The translations under genes were made by a program, and so were the position numbers. The notes beneath the pieces are model-generated. The model did not search any database and was not told where the DNA came from. It saw only the letters and a program-made list of their open reading frames with translations. A stretch of DNA of 64,000 bases, from positions 58,592,001-58,656,000 of the forward strand of contig NC_058368.1 of assembly GCF_018350175.1 (NCBI RefSeq), given 5' to 3'. Shown here piece after piece: positions 38,793-48,648 of this stretch; position 1 is the first letter of the stretch, and each line of letters opens with the position of its first letter. Source of the stretch: Felis catus. Lineage: Eukaryota.

Positions 38793-39220
38793 TAAATTGC
38801 AGCATGGCTAATAATCAACAAAGAAGAGATAAGTAATAAAGACTATAGGTGTTACATCTTTGGAAACCTCTATTTCATCAAATATGTCACTAGAATGATG
38901 TATGGCAACTAAGGACAGTATTTGCAAACCTACGGAAGAGTTGGCCAAAACTGATTTGATGAAGTAAAGTTGAATTCCACCAGATTGTATATTTAGCAAG
39001 GTAAAGACCCATCTTGGCTGCATTGAGATGGGAAAATCAATACTGAGAAAATGCAGGGGCTCCCCATGATGGTAAAATTTATTAATAAAGTTTGCCAAAA
39101 GTTGTTGAAATCATCCCACCCAGCATGAAGTAAAAGGATCGACATTTCTTCAGTCCATAGCTGAGCCCATATTCTTCATATTGGGGACTTTCTGGTGTAC
39201 CTTCTAAAGTTATTTTAAAT

Positions 39221-39433
39221 TTTTTTTTCAACGTTTATTTTTATTTTTGGGACAGAGAGAGACAGAGCATGAACGGGGGAGGGGCAGAGAGAGAGGGAGA
39301 CACAGAATCGGAAACAGGCTCCAGGCTCTGAGCCATCAGCCCAGAACCTGACGCGGGGCTCGAACTCACGGACCGCGAGATCGTGACCTGGCTGAAGTCG
39401 GTCGCTTAACCGACTGCGCCACCCAGGCGCCCC
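39221..39433 (-). mobile_element. Young felid CanSINE interrupting ERV pol
   Basis: Perfect 17-bp TSD CTAAAGTTATTTTAAAT at 39204-39220 and 39434-39450; CpGs intact. Confidence 0.97.
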
Positions 39434-40949
39434 CTAAAGTTATTTTAAATGCAATAAAAGAACAGCAAGCCCAGATCCTAGAATGAATTAAAGAAGCCTG
39501 GGCTACATAATGCTTAAGAATTTATAATATTATTGTCTTAGTCTCACCCAAATTGAATACAGCTCATGTAGACTTTAATTAGCTTCTTTTGTTCTATTCC
39601 ATATTCCCTTATACTCACCAATGTTATAGAATATTTGAGGAAAAGATCCCAAACTGTTTACATGCCATGGTATCCTGGAGGCTACTGAAATAGATATGAT
39701 GGAACATACTGTCATCTAGAATCCAGAAATACACGTATCAGGATTGACATTGCAGGATAGTGGACCGAACAGAATCAATGTAACACGATATGTCAATCAT
39801 CAAACCTCAAATAAAAGTGGTTTATCCAGAAATATGACCAGCTGCTCTACTGGGTTGGTATACTACCTGAAAAGAGAGGATTTGCCATAGTGAAAGAGCC
39901 TATGAGTGTCTGGGCCTCCTATTCAGAAGCTCTTGTATCCTGGATATCCAAGTTGAATGTATCTTACATATATGTTTAGTTTAGATTTACTGTCTCAGAT
40001 AGCTGATATACTTTGTGTAGAAATTGGAAGACAGATGATTTGGCACCATTGACAGCTGACTTGGTCCACCTGCTCAACGTAAGCAGCACTGAATACAGCC
40101 TGGATGATGTTCAACAAGGTTTACTGTAACCATATACCTTGGGCAGTTATATACAAAGGCTTATGAAATTGTAATGGGTTTGGCAGAATGGTCCATCAAA
40201 AACTGATTCATTTATGGATCAATATTTTGAAGCGAGGGGCTTTGTTTGAGTAGAAATAGCACAAATCTCCCAACATGCAAAATATAAATACTCATCAAAG
40301 GAGAAGTTCTTCACCTACATTTTCGAATTCCAAAATAGACCTACTTACACAGATGGCTGAAACTGTGCCTGGACTCACATGTAGCATGGTTAGGCTGGCT
40401 GGATGCTATCCTGTGGGCTGGAAAACACTTGGTGCTACTAACCAAAAATGAAGCAAGCATTCAGACAACTGTTGGGCCAGCAAGGAAACTCCACAACAAT
40501 AGCATCAGAAACTGTTCCCCATGGGACATAGGAAGCACACATTTGGTGAATGGACTAACAGGATCTTTACTACTTTTATCATCGCTCAAGGTAAAAAATA
40601 TCCCTTAATCTGCACCAAATTATTTCTCCAGATCTAGAGAGACTATGATTATAGCAACTATAACCATTACCATCCTCATTAATCACATTTAACAACCATG
40701 AGTATAATAATTTATAAATAAGTAAAAAGTAAGATTATTCATAACCAAAATGATACCAGTAACCAAGAAAATAATTTTACAGCCACAGTAATGAGGGAAC
40801 AGGAAAAGAATAGTAGTAAGCCATGGACTTCTCACTTACCTAACCAGCACTAAAAGGTGGAACAATGCCCCGGCCAACTGTAACTCTATATCTAGCTAAA
40901 AGAGTCATTGTAACCAACGAATCTAAAACAATCTAGAAAGGGAAGAATG

Positions 40950-41800
40950 TACATTTAATGTTTCTGTAATGATGGCTATGAGGATGCAGGAGCAAGCATG
41001 GTATTAACTGTGCAAAATTTCCCCAGAGTACAAGCAGAATGTCCTCATTCCAGAGGCCACCACAATGGGGGAAATAGATTGAAAGTTGTCACAATTTACA
41101 GATAGCTACAATCCATACTAATACTACAATAAAATTTAAATACTAGTGATTTACCCTACTAAAGTGATATTACTGACTGGCTGACCCATAGGTTTATATA
41201 AAATATTCCCTTTTATTGGAGAAGGGATGACGGTAGTGGCACGTGCCATACCTTGCCACCTTCCACAGCAATTTATCTCAGTAGTTCAGAGAGCTACTGA
41301 ACCAGTTGGGATCTGCATAGTGTAGGGTATTATCTCTCAAAATATGATCATAAGCTCTCCAGAAATAAGAGAATGGGAATTGAAAAGTATGATTTCTAAT
41401 ATTTTCACCACCGCAGAAATTATTGGTGACATCATTACAAGAAAACAAATGACATTTCAACAAGAAGTTAGTTGACAGAATTTATGAAATTCTAATACTA
41501 AATCACTTGTTCCTCAACTTCCTGTTTGAAGTTTGAAGAATTTATGCACTCTGTGAAATATATTCTGTGTACATAAATCCGTCAGGGATTTCAGAAAAAA
41601 AGAAACTTTAAGAGTGCAGGGATGTTTTAGTGTCTGTCTCTTAAAACAAGCCAACTGGAATTGAAATTGGTTCAAAAATAGTTCCAATTGGTGTCTGAGG
41701 ATGAGAACAGTACACTGTTCGCTTATTGAATATAAGACAGTGCACCTTGCAATATTTATTAAGTTAGCAATAACATGTTTCATAACAAGGTAGAAAGAAC
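40950..41800 (+). pseudogene. env: Gamma-type retroviral env remnant (SU and TM)
   Basis: Y*LC at 41002 (TAT TAA CTG TGC, decayed CWLC); YY*LADP*VYI/NIPFYWR at 41168-41222; heptad-like ELKSMISNIFTTAE...QQEVS at 41377-41472; ISD-like LILNHL at 41492; *RIYALCEIYSVYINPSG at 41534-41587 (decayed GGICA..CC.YINxSG); Trp-rich NWN*NWF..W at 41653; hydrophobic LAIFIKLAITCFI at 41746. Confidence 0.8.
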
Positions 41801-41886
41801 TACCACATGCACCATGTAGTTCTTGGTTACTAAGTTTGGACAGGAAACAAGAGAGCAGCACTGAAGTCCACAACCAGCGATTGGAA

Positions 41887-42414
41887 TGTGACATGCTTTG
41901 GACAGCCCTGCTGGGCTATGTTTGTCCCAGTTCTTGTAACCTCATACCCACATACAGATTATACTCTTACAGTTGAATTGGACCCATGCATGCATGATAC
42001 TCAGTCATCATCATAAAACATGAGAATAATGTAGCAAATTGACCCTGATGAGACAGAAGAAGATATTTTACCCCAACCTGGATTGACGAGGTGAAGCTTG
42101 CTAAAGGTAAATGCAGTTGTGATATAAAAGGGGCAGAAGAAATTCTGTAATATCCCACTCAGGGCTTGGCTGCAGAGTACCAATGCCACCTACCTGAGGA
42201 TTTCCTGAGATAATATGCAGATACTCAGGGTAATCCTCTCACTGAATAACCCTGGCCAGATACACTATGCATCCCTCTGCTAATAATATATCTTTCCAGC
42301 TATTGAAGTAAAATTTTACTTTTATAAGATTTATGTGTCAAAGTACTCTTTTTTTTTTCCCAAGCCTGTAGAGAGATTCGTGTGTCTACTTTAAGAAGTT
42401 AAAAACCTGTCACG
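41887..42414 (+). mobile_element. 3' LTR of the ancient ERV
   Basis: Follows the decayed PPT CCAGCGATTGGAA; ends TGTGACA...TGTCACG (6/7-bp inverted repeat); TATAAAAG at 42123-42130; AGTAAA at 42307-42312 followed by a T/G-rich tract. Confidence 0.75.
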
Positions 42415-42475
42415 TTTACATTGTAGACTCCAATAGTATTGCAATGCATACATTTCTTTCTTTAAAGCCTATGCT

Positions 42476-42727
42476 GGGGCGCCTGGGTGGCTCAGTCGGT
42501 TAAGCGTCCGACTTCAGCTCAGGTCACAATCTCGTAGTCCGCGCGCTCGAGCCCCGCATCGGCCTCTGGACTGATGGCTCAGAGCCTGGAGCCTGCTTCC
42601 GATTCTGTGTCTCCCTCTCTCTCTGCCCCTCCCCCGTTCATGCTCTGTCTCTCTCTCTGCCCCTCCCCCGTTCATGCTCTGTCTCTCTCTGTCTGAAAAA
42701 TAAATAAACGTTAAAAAAATAAATAAA
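42476..42727 (+). mobile_element. Young CanSINE with a 34-bp internal tandem duplication
   Basis: TSD TAAAGCCTATGCT at 42463-42475 and 42728-42740; unit repeated at 42617-42650 and 42651-42684. Confidence 0.96.
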
Positions 42728-43191
42728 TAAAGCCTATGCTTTCAGAAACTATGCTTTATGGCCACAGGTACCACAAATTAAATGTCAGGATTACATTATT
42801 TAAATTGCCACAAAACATGTTTCTTACACTGCATATCTTATAATTTTAAATGATGCCAATTTTTACCAAAACCAATAATAGCCTGAATTCATTTCAGTGT
42901 TGACCCTGTCCTCCATTTCCCTACCATATTCAAGTGAGGATTGTATCTCATTAATTATAGCTCCTAAATAACTTTTGAATCTGTCCTCAGACTCTACCTC
43001 CAGTGCTAATTTAATCATATCCTATCTCAACTAGGAGCTTTATATAAATAATTTTCCTGGCTCTAGCATTCCTAAAATTAATCTTTGACATTGTGAGCAT
43101 AGTCTTTCTAGAACATTACCATGATTATGTTAATAACAGCTACAGTGTTTTCCCACATCTTAAGTGGTAATAGACAGATCCTTTAAACTAG

Positions 43192-43230
43192 TCCTTTATG
43201 ATCCTTTATGATCCTTTAAGATCCTTTATG
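43192..43230. repeat. 10-bp tandem repeat ATCCTTTA(T/A)G x4
   Basis: Four adjacent units. Confidence 0.85.
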
Positions 43231-43455
43231 GATTCGTTCTGCTTTTCAAAATCATGTCTGATGACTATCCATTTCACTCTTTCACAGGTAGTGCCAGTGA
43301 TTTACAATTGCCAATATTAGCCATGCCATTTCATTCATCCATGACTTTGCTATTATTTCCTAAACCTGGACTTTTCCAGCTTACTAAAATATAGTCATCT
43401 TTCAAAATATTCTATGCTTTATGCCTTTATTGGCTTCCAATTATCATTCTTTTTT

Positions 43456-43666
43456 AAACATATTTATTTATTTTGAGAAAAAAAAGAGAGAGGGGGAGAG
43501 AGTGTGAGCAGGGGAGGGGCAGAGAGAGAGGGAGGGGGAGAGAGAATCCCAAGTAAGCTCTCTGCTGACAGCACAGACATGGGGCTCAAGCCCACAAACC
43601 GTGAGATCGTGACTTGACTCAAAATCAAGAGCCAGATGCTTAAATGACTGTGCCACCCAGGCACCC
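43456..43666 (-). mobile_element. CanSINE
   Basis: TSD TTATCATTCTTTTTT at 43441-43455 and 43667-43681. Confidence 0.95.
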
Positions 43667-43827
43667 TTATCATTCTTTTTTGTTTAAGCATTGCAACCTC
43701 AGCAGCAAGCATAATGACTGGTTCTTAGTAGCAACTCAATAAATATTTATGGAATAAACAGATAAGAAAAGGATGGATGATGAAATTTAATTGTCCAACT
43801 TTTCCTCAGGCATCAGGTATAGCTGTA

Positions 43828-44260
43828 TGTGGTAGGTGACCTCTGAGATGGCTCCAATGACCTGCACGTCCTGGTATTCACAAATAGAATAGGGCAGAAA
43901 TTATTGATGTCAACTCTAAGATTATGTTATAAAGTGACTGTGGCTTCTGCCTTGGGTGTTATCTTTTGCTCTCTTTTGGATCACTTGATCTGAAAGAAGC
44001 CAGTTGGCATGTCCTGAGGCAACCCTTGGGAGAAATAGCTTTTGTGGCAAGCCATGCCAATGACCACACAAGCTGAGCCTTTCTCAGATGAGCCTGTATG
44101 TGTAGCTGATGTTGGGATACAACTTAATGAGAGACATTGAACCAAAGGCATCCAGCTAAACTGTAAGTGGATCCCTGATCCATTGAGACTGAGAAATAAT
44201 TTTATTGTTTTAAGATACTATGTTTTGAAATAATTTATTATAAAGCCCTAGATAATTAAC
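43828..44260 (+). mobile_element. MaLR solo LTR, MLT1F-like
   Basis: TGTGGTAGG...CTGAGATGGCTCCAATGA...CCTGGTATTCAC start; TTGTTTTAAG...TAATTTATTA..AGATAA end. Confidence 0.8.
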
Positions 44261-44343
44261 CTGCTATACTTTAAATAAGTGTGATAAATATACTTTAGAT
44301 GTTAAAACAAAGGGATAAACAAATTCATTTAAGAATATGAGTG

Positions 44344-44405
44344 AACTAAAATTTTTTGTTGTTACCTATTTAAACTAAAATTTTTTGTTGTTAGCTATTT
44401 AAACT
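44344..44405. repeat. 29-bp tandem duplication
   Basis: AACTAAAATTTTTTGTTGTTA(C/G)CTATTTA x2 with one mismatch. Confidence 0.88.
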
Positions 44406-44485
44406 TAAATTATTCACTAATTAAAACCATGTTTTAATTAACCATGATTTGTGGTTCTATTTTTTAACTTAAAAAAAGTTTTAAA

Positions 44486-44700
44486 GGGTGCCTGGGTGGC
44501 TCAGCTGGTTAAGTGTCTGGCTCTTGATCTCGGCTCAGGTCATGATCTTGTGGTTAGTGGGATCAACCCTAGGTGGGCTCTGTGTTGACAGCATGGAGTC
44601 TGCGTGGGATTTTCTGTCTTCCTCTCCTTCTGCCCCTTCCTCTCTCTCCCTCTTTCTCTCTCTCTCTCTTTCTCAAAATAAATAAGTGAACCTTAAAAAA
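44486..44700 (+). mobile_element. CanSINE
   Basis: Head, CT tract, A tail; TSD AAAA(A/G)AGTTTTAA. Confidence 0.93.
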
Positions 44701-44980
44701 AGAGTTTTAATATTGGAGACAAATGGGAAAATGACATAGATAAGTAACCTAAATAGATGTAGAGTTGTGAAGAAGCAGATAATCTATGCAAATAGTATGT
44801 TTCTTTGTTTGCTCAATATTTTCAGGCTAAAGAAGTGATTGTGAACTTGAAGCCTACTATTTGAATTTGGATCTCACATTTACTTTATTATGACCATCTA
44901 GATCTTAAAAAAAAAATAGAATTCGTGAATGTATATGTCTTTTAATTCTGCAAGCACTATCTAGTTTTCAACAAACCCTA

Positions 44981-45064
44981 CTGTGTATTTAATACGTTCC
45001 TTTGTTTTCAGTATGGACATTTTGTCACATGAGGTTTCTAAAATGAGGTGGGTCTTATTTATAT

Positions 45065-45099
<35 letters not shown>

Positions 45100-45910
45100 T
45101 TAGGGGTGGGAAGGAGAGAGAGGGGGAGAGAAAGAATCCCAAGCAGGCTCCACATTGTCAGTGTGAGCTGACACAGGGCTCAAGCCCATAAACTGTGATA
45201 TCATGATTTGAGCCAAAATCAAGAGTTCAACAAACTGAACCACTCAGGTGCCCCAGACATTGGGTGGGTCTTAAGACTGATGCCATTATTCAAATGTTGT
45301 TGGGCAGCACCATTCAAATGGCTACACAGACTGGTTGGAATCCTAAGTAGCCTGATAGGACAACTCAAATCCTTGATGTTTCAGTCAGCAAAGCTGTTTA
45401 AGAGTACTTGAGGAAATAATAGAAGTTTGACTGTTGTCTGAAATCCTGCTTAGATTTTCTAGAAAGGTCAAAGATGTGATGACATCAAGATTTGCAGAAT
45501 AGGAAGCAGTGGCTTGGATGAAAATGTCAAGAGACCAGTGTAGAGCACCATTTTAAGATAAGTTCCATTACCAATATTCTTAATATACAGATGATGATAT
45601 TGTGCAATAAACTATGGACCTGGGTGACTCCAAGCTGAGAAAAGATTGAGAGATCCTAAATGGGAAGATGTTGTAAGAATCTGTATCTACTATTATTTTT
45701 TATATTTTATTTTTATAAATGAACAAAGGTATTTGATAGAAATACATTTAAATTTGGCTCAATCGTTTTTTAAAAATAAGTATCAAGTATGTACTCTAAA
45801 TAATGTGTAAGTATTTTATTATAGTTTAATCGGCAGCATGTGTTTTCCTTAATGTAATATAAATAATGTTTGTCTTATAGCCAGGAAGCCTTAGATACGA
45901 TGAAGCATAG
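44981..45910 (+). mobile_element. pogo/Tigger DNA transposon relic (Tigger6/MER97-like) with a transposase fragment
   Basis: 45330-45415 reads LVGILSSLIGQLKSL/DVSVSK..FK, like the pogo DDE motif IPGG.T..LQPLDV.VNKPFK; right end CTTAGATACGATGAAGCATAG resembles this family's TIR. Confidence 0.7.
45058..45254 (-). mobile_element. CanSINE inserted in the Tigger relic
   Basis: (TTTA)n tail; GGTGGGTCTTA on both sides (45047-45057 and 45263-45273). Confidence 0.93.
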
Positions 45911-47247
45911 TGTATAAATGGTTACTTTATAGATTGTTATTTATCTTTCCTGGCTCTTAAAGGCATTTGAGTTTGGTCTAAAAGATGTGTGTATTAGCAA
46001 AACAACATAACAAATCATTTGTTACATATATGTATTTACAAACTACTTAAAAGAAATTATAAACACATCAATAACAATGGTTTGTAACAAAAATAAACAT
46101 TAAACATTTTCTTTTAAGATTATCTCCTGAAGCTTTTTGTGACTTCTGTGGTTGGTCAGAGTCTCCTAAAGAGAATGGAGGGTCTAGAATTTAAGAATTC
46201 TGTTCCATGGGGTTTGGAGGTTGCCTGAGGAACTAATTTAAGTCTCTTTAATGAAGGTAGCATGTCTGAGCTCTTTCTGACTGGCAAAGAAAGCATTTAG
46301 GATATTCCTGTGAGTTTAACTAATGGAAAACAATTCACTTCATGTTTACTTGAGAACAAACCACTCTGTTAAAAGCCTTGGGAACAGTGAAGTTAAACTA
46401 GGATATAAATACATGCTTACTGAATAAAATGAAATTTAAAAAAAAGAAAGATGAGGTCAGGTAGCTGCAATGAGGCTGATAGATGGAGGAAATTGAATAC
46501 AAGTGTTTGGTGTTTGGATTTGAACAAGAAGCTGTGGTTGTATTTCAGGGTTGTGGTCTTTCCTGAACTTCTGACTTATAACATTCCCAGAAGACACGTG
46601 ATACTAGTAATAACAAGAAAACACAAGTAAGTTAGAACCTGCCATTTCAAAACATTCATTTTCTGAGGTTTTCCACATTGGGAAAGATTTAAAAAAAATA
46701 TTTTTAAATACTTTTTTTCCCCATGTGATCCCTAGTACATCTATTTTGCTGTAAAAACCCTAAGTTCTGCTGGAAACTGTTGGAAAATGTAAAATATAGT
46801 TTTGGAATCTGTTTGGGAAAATCTAAAACCCAGAACACATAAACAGATAAAATTACCATGACTTTCTTTATTTAAGATAACAGGAATTTTTGTTACCATT
46901 ATTGTTTCTGCTACTGTTTTGACCTTCAAGAGTTGAGGATTCAAATATTAATCGGCAGTGAACCCTGTGAGTTCTGGAGGAAACTTTGGAAAAAGAAAGA
47001 GGTTCATATCCATGAGAGGGGTTAAAGGGAGTGAAATAAAGGAAAGTAGCAGGGAGGGGTATGTGTGACTTGCTGTCTTCTGTGGAGTCTTGACCACTAA
47101 CTCCAGAATTTGCTAATACTACAGGCTGTCATTAGTGACTGGACAGGAAAAAAACAATCAAGCAGAATTGTGTAAAGCATAGGGATTGGTTTTTATATAA
47201 ATACGACAATGAAATGGTCACCCACTATTCGTTGAAATTTAAAAATA

Positions 47248-47370
47248 GAAGGGCACTTTTTGGGAAGAGCACTGGGTGTCATATGTAAGAGAGGAGTCCC
47301 TGGGTTCTACTCCTGAAGCCAAGACAACACTGTATGTTAACTAACTTGAATCTAAATAAAAAAAATAAAT
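47248..47370 (+). mobile_element. Very short carnivore L1 3' end
   Basis: GAGCACTGGGTGTCATATGTAAG...TCTACTCCTGAAGCCAAG...CTAACTTGA plus A tail; homologous to 59770-59890 in this window. Confidence 0.9.
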
Positions 47371-48284
47371 TAATTTTAAAAATATAATATTTAATATTAA
47401 TTGATTTTTAAACCACTGTTACATTTAATAGAGTGATGGATGTAGTCGGTATCAAAATCACAGAATCCCTCATATTGAATAGCAGTTGTCTCTTGTTTCC
47501 TTCTGCTCCATCCTTGGTCCCTCTCCTAGATACAACTTTTTAGTGTTTTTGTTTCTAAAGGGTTTTTTTTTTTTATATTTAGCTTTATTACTCTGACATG
47601 CTTATGGTTCTATCCTTGGGTTAATAATTGCAGACTATTTTTGACCACCCAATACAAAATGTATGGATCTAGATCGATTGTACCATCCTTTTTGCCACCT
47701 CTTCTTTTGTCAACATCTGGTATTTATGTTGCTTTTAGGTTTTTCATTGACTGCTTTTCTGACTTGACATAATATACTTAAAACTCAGTTCAGTTTTCCA
47801 TCTCTTTATTCCCCAAGATATTAGCTTCCCTGTTTTTTTTCAAACTTCCTCCCCATTCCACCTTCTTTCAGCTCTACCTTTGATTTTACAGTTACTGAAA
47901 TTTAGCTATAATGTTATTAACAGCTATATTCTGTAATCATAAAGATATATTCTGTATTTTGTCTATATGTTTAATTTAAAAATTAAAAAACAATGTTTTT
48001 TAACCTGTCCTCAGGTTATCATTGCCATGTAAATATTTTTTTAATACTGAACTAAATTCTGTGTCTTATTAATTTCCTTTTCTTTAAGTCTAATGTAGGA
48101 TCTCTTGGTTTATCCTGGGCACCAACATTTAATTAGTTCTCTTACAGCCATTCACTCACTTTAAATATTGACATATTTTCAATCATTTCATAGCTTGATT
48201 GTGCCTTTATTGCTTTTTTATTCCCTGCATTTTCCAATGTCATTTGTTGTGTTATATCCTGCATCTTCCTTTTCCCACACTTCT

Positions 48285-48437
48285 ATCCATATCCATATTA
48301 TAAGATATACATATCATATCATATGGATGGTAAAAACATCTACCTATATCTATATCATCTATGTCTATATCTATATCTACATCTATCTATATCCATATCT
48401 ATCTATAACATCTATATCTATATCTATCTATATCTAT
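48285..48437. repeat. Degenerate (TATATC/TATC)n repeat
   Basis: Visible periodicity; source of the Ile/Tyr-rich ORFs. Confidence 0.85.
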
Positions 48438-48602
48438 TGATAGATATTTGTTTTTCCTCCTATCAAGTCTCTTTCCTTCCTGGAAAAATCCTTCACCCAG
48501 GCCCATCCACTATGGCTAGATTTCCATTTGTTGGTTACTTTTCTGGATTTAGGTAACACTTTCCCCAGATCTTCTATCTTCTCTTCCTTCCCCATTTTCC
48601 TG

Positions 48603-48648
48603 AGGAAATTCTTAACAGAATTGTGCCCCAAGGAAATTCTTAACAGAA
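48603..48648. repeat. 18-bp direct repeat AGGAAATTCTTAACAGAA
   Basis: Copies at 48603-48620 and 48631-48648 with a 10-bp spacer. Confidence 0.85.

Larger units (their letters stand above)
38230..40630 (+). pseudogene. pol: Retroviral pol remnant (RT, RNase H, integrase N-terminal part), ERV-L-like
   Basis: In order: NPYFSSPI (38426), MAQG (38500), KINTEKMQGLPMMVKF (39033), YRIFEEK (39625), CHGILEATEIDMMEHTVI*NPE (39663), CQSSNLK*KWFIQK (39791), GQLYTKAYEIVMGLAEWS (40141), NINTHQR (40281), AWTHM*HG (40367), TVPHGT*EAHIW*MD (40511). These match remembered ERV-L Pol motifs NAFFSIP, LPQG, EINPTKIQGPSTSVKF, YSPFEKQ, CYWALVETERLTMGHQVTMRPE, QQHSIIKWKWYIRD, LYTDSWAVANGLAGWS, HVNAHQR, QWAHEQSGH, TIPRGDQPATWWQVD. 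Confidence 0.88.
37680..42414 (+). mobile_element. Highly decayed env-bearing class III (ERV-L/ERV-S-like) endogenous retrovirus; 5' LTR not recognisable
   Basis: Colinear RT, RNase H, integrase, env SU, env TM, PPT and 3' LTR remnants on the + strand; 5' boundary uncertain. Confidence 0.85.
42900..43760 (+). mobile_element. L2 3' relic interrupted by a SINE
   Basis: L2-like 3' end TAGTAGCAACTCAATAAATATTTATGGAATAAA; pyrimidine-rich body. Confidence 0.6.

Noticed and set aside
41361..41372. Perfect furin motif RNKR in the env region
   Set aside because: It is out of frame with the surrounding Env-like reading (PEIREWELKSMISNI). The decayed VVQR at 41281-41292 fits the expected cleavage position better, so RNKR is probably chance.
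41514..41894. 126-aa minus-strand ORF with a signal-peptide-like start
   Set aside because: Antisense to the env TM remnant, with no recognisable homology or supporting gene structure.
34269..42414. MER54-like LTR as the 5' LTR of the ancient provirus
   Set aside because: No visible similarity to the 41887-42414 LTR, different length, and unrelated DNA in between.
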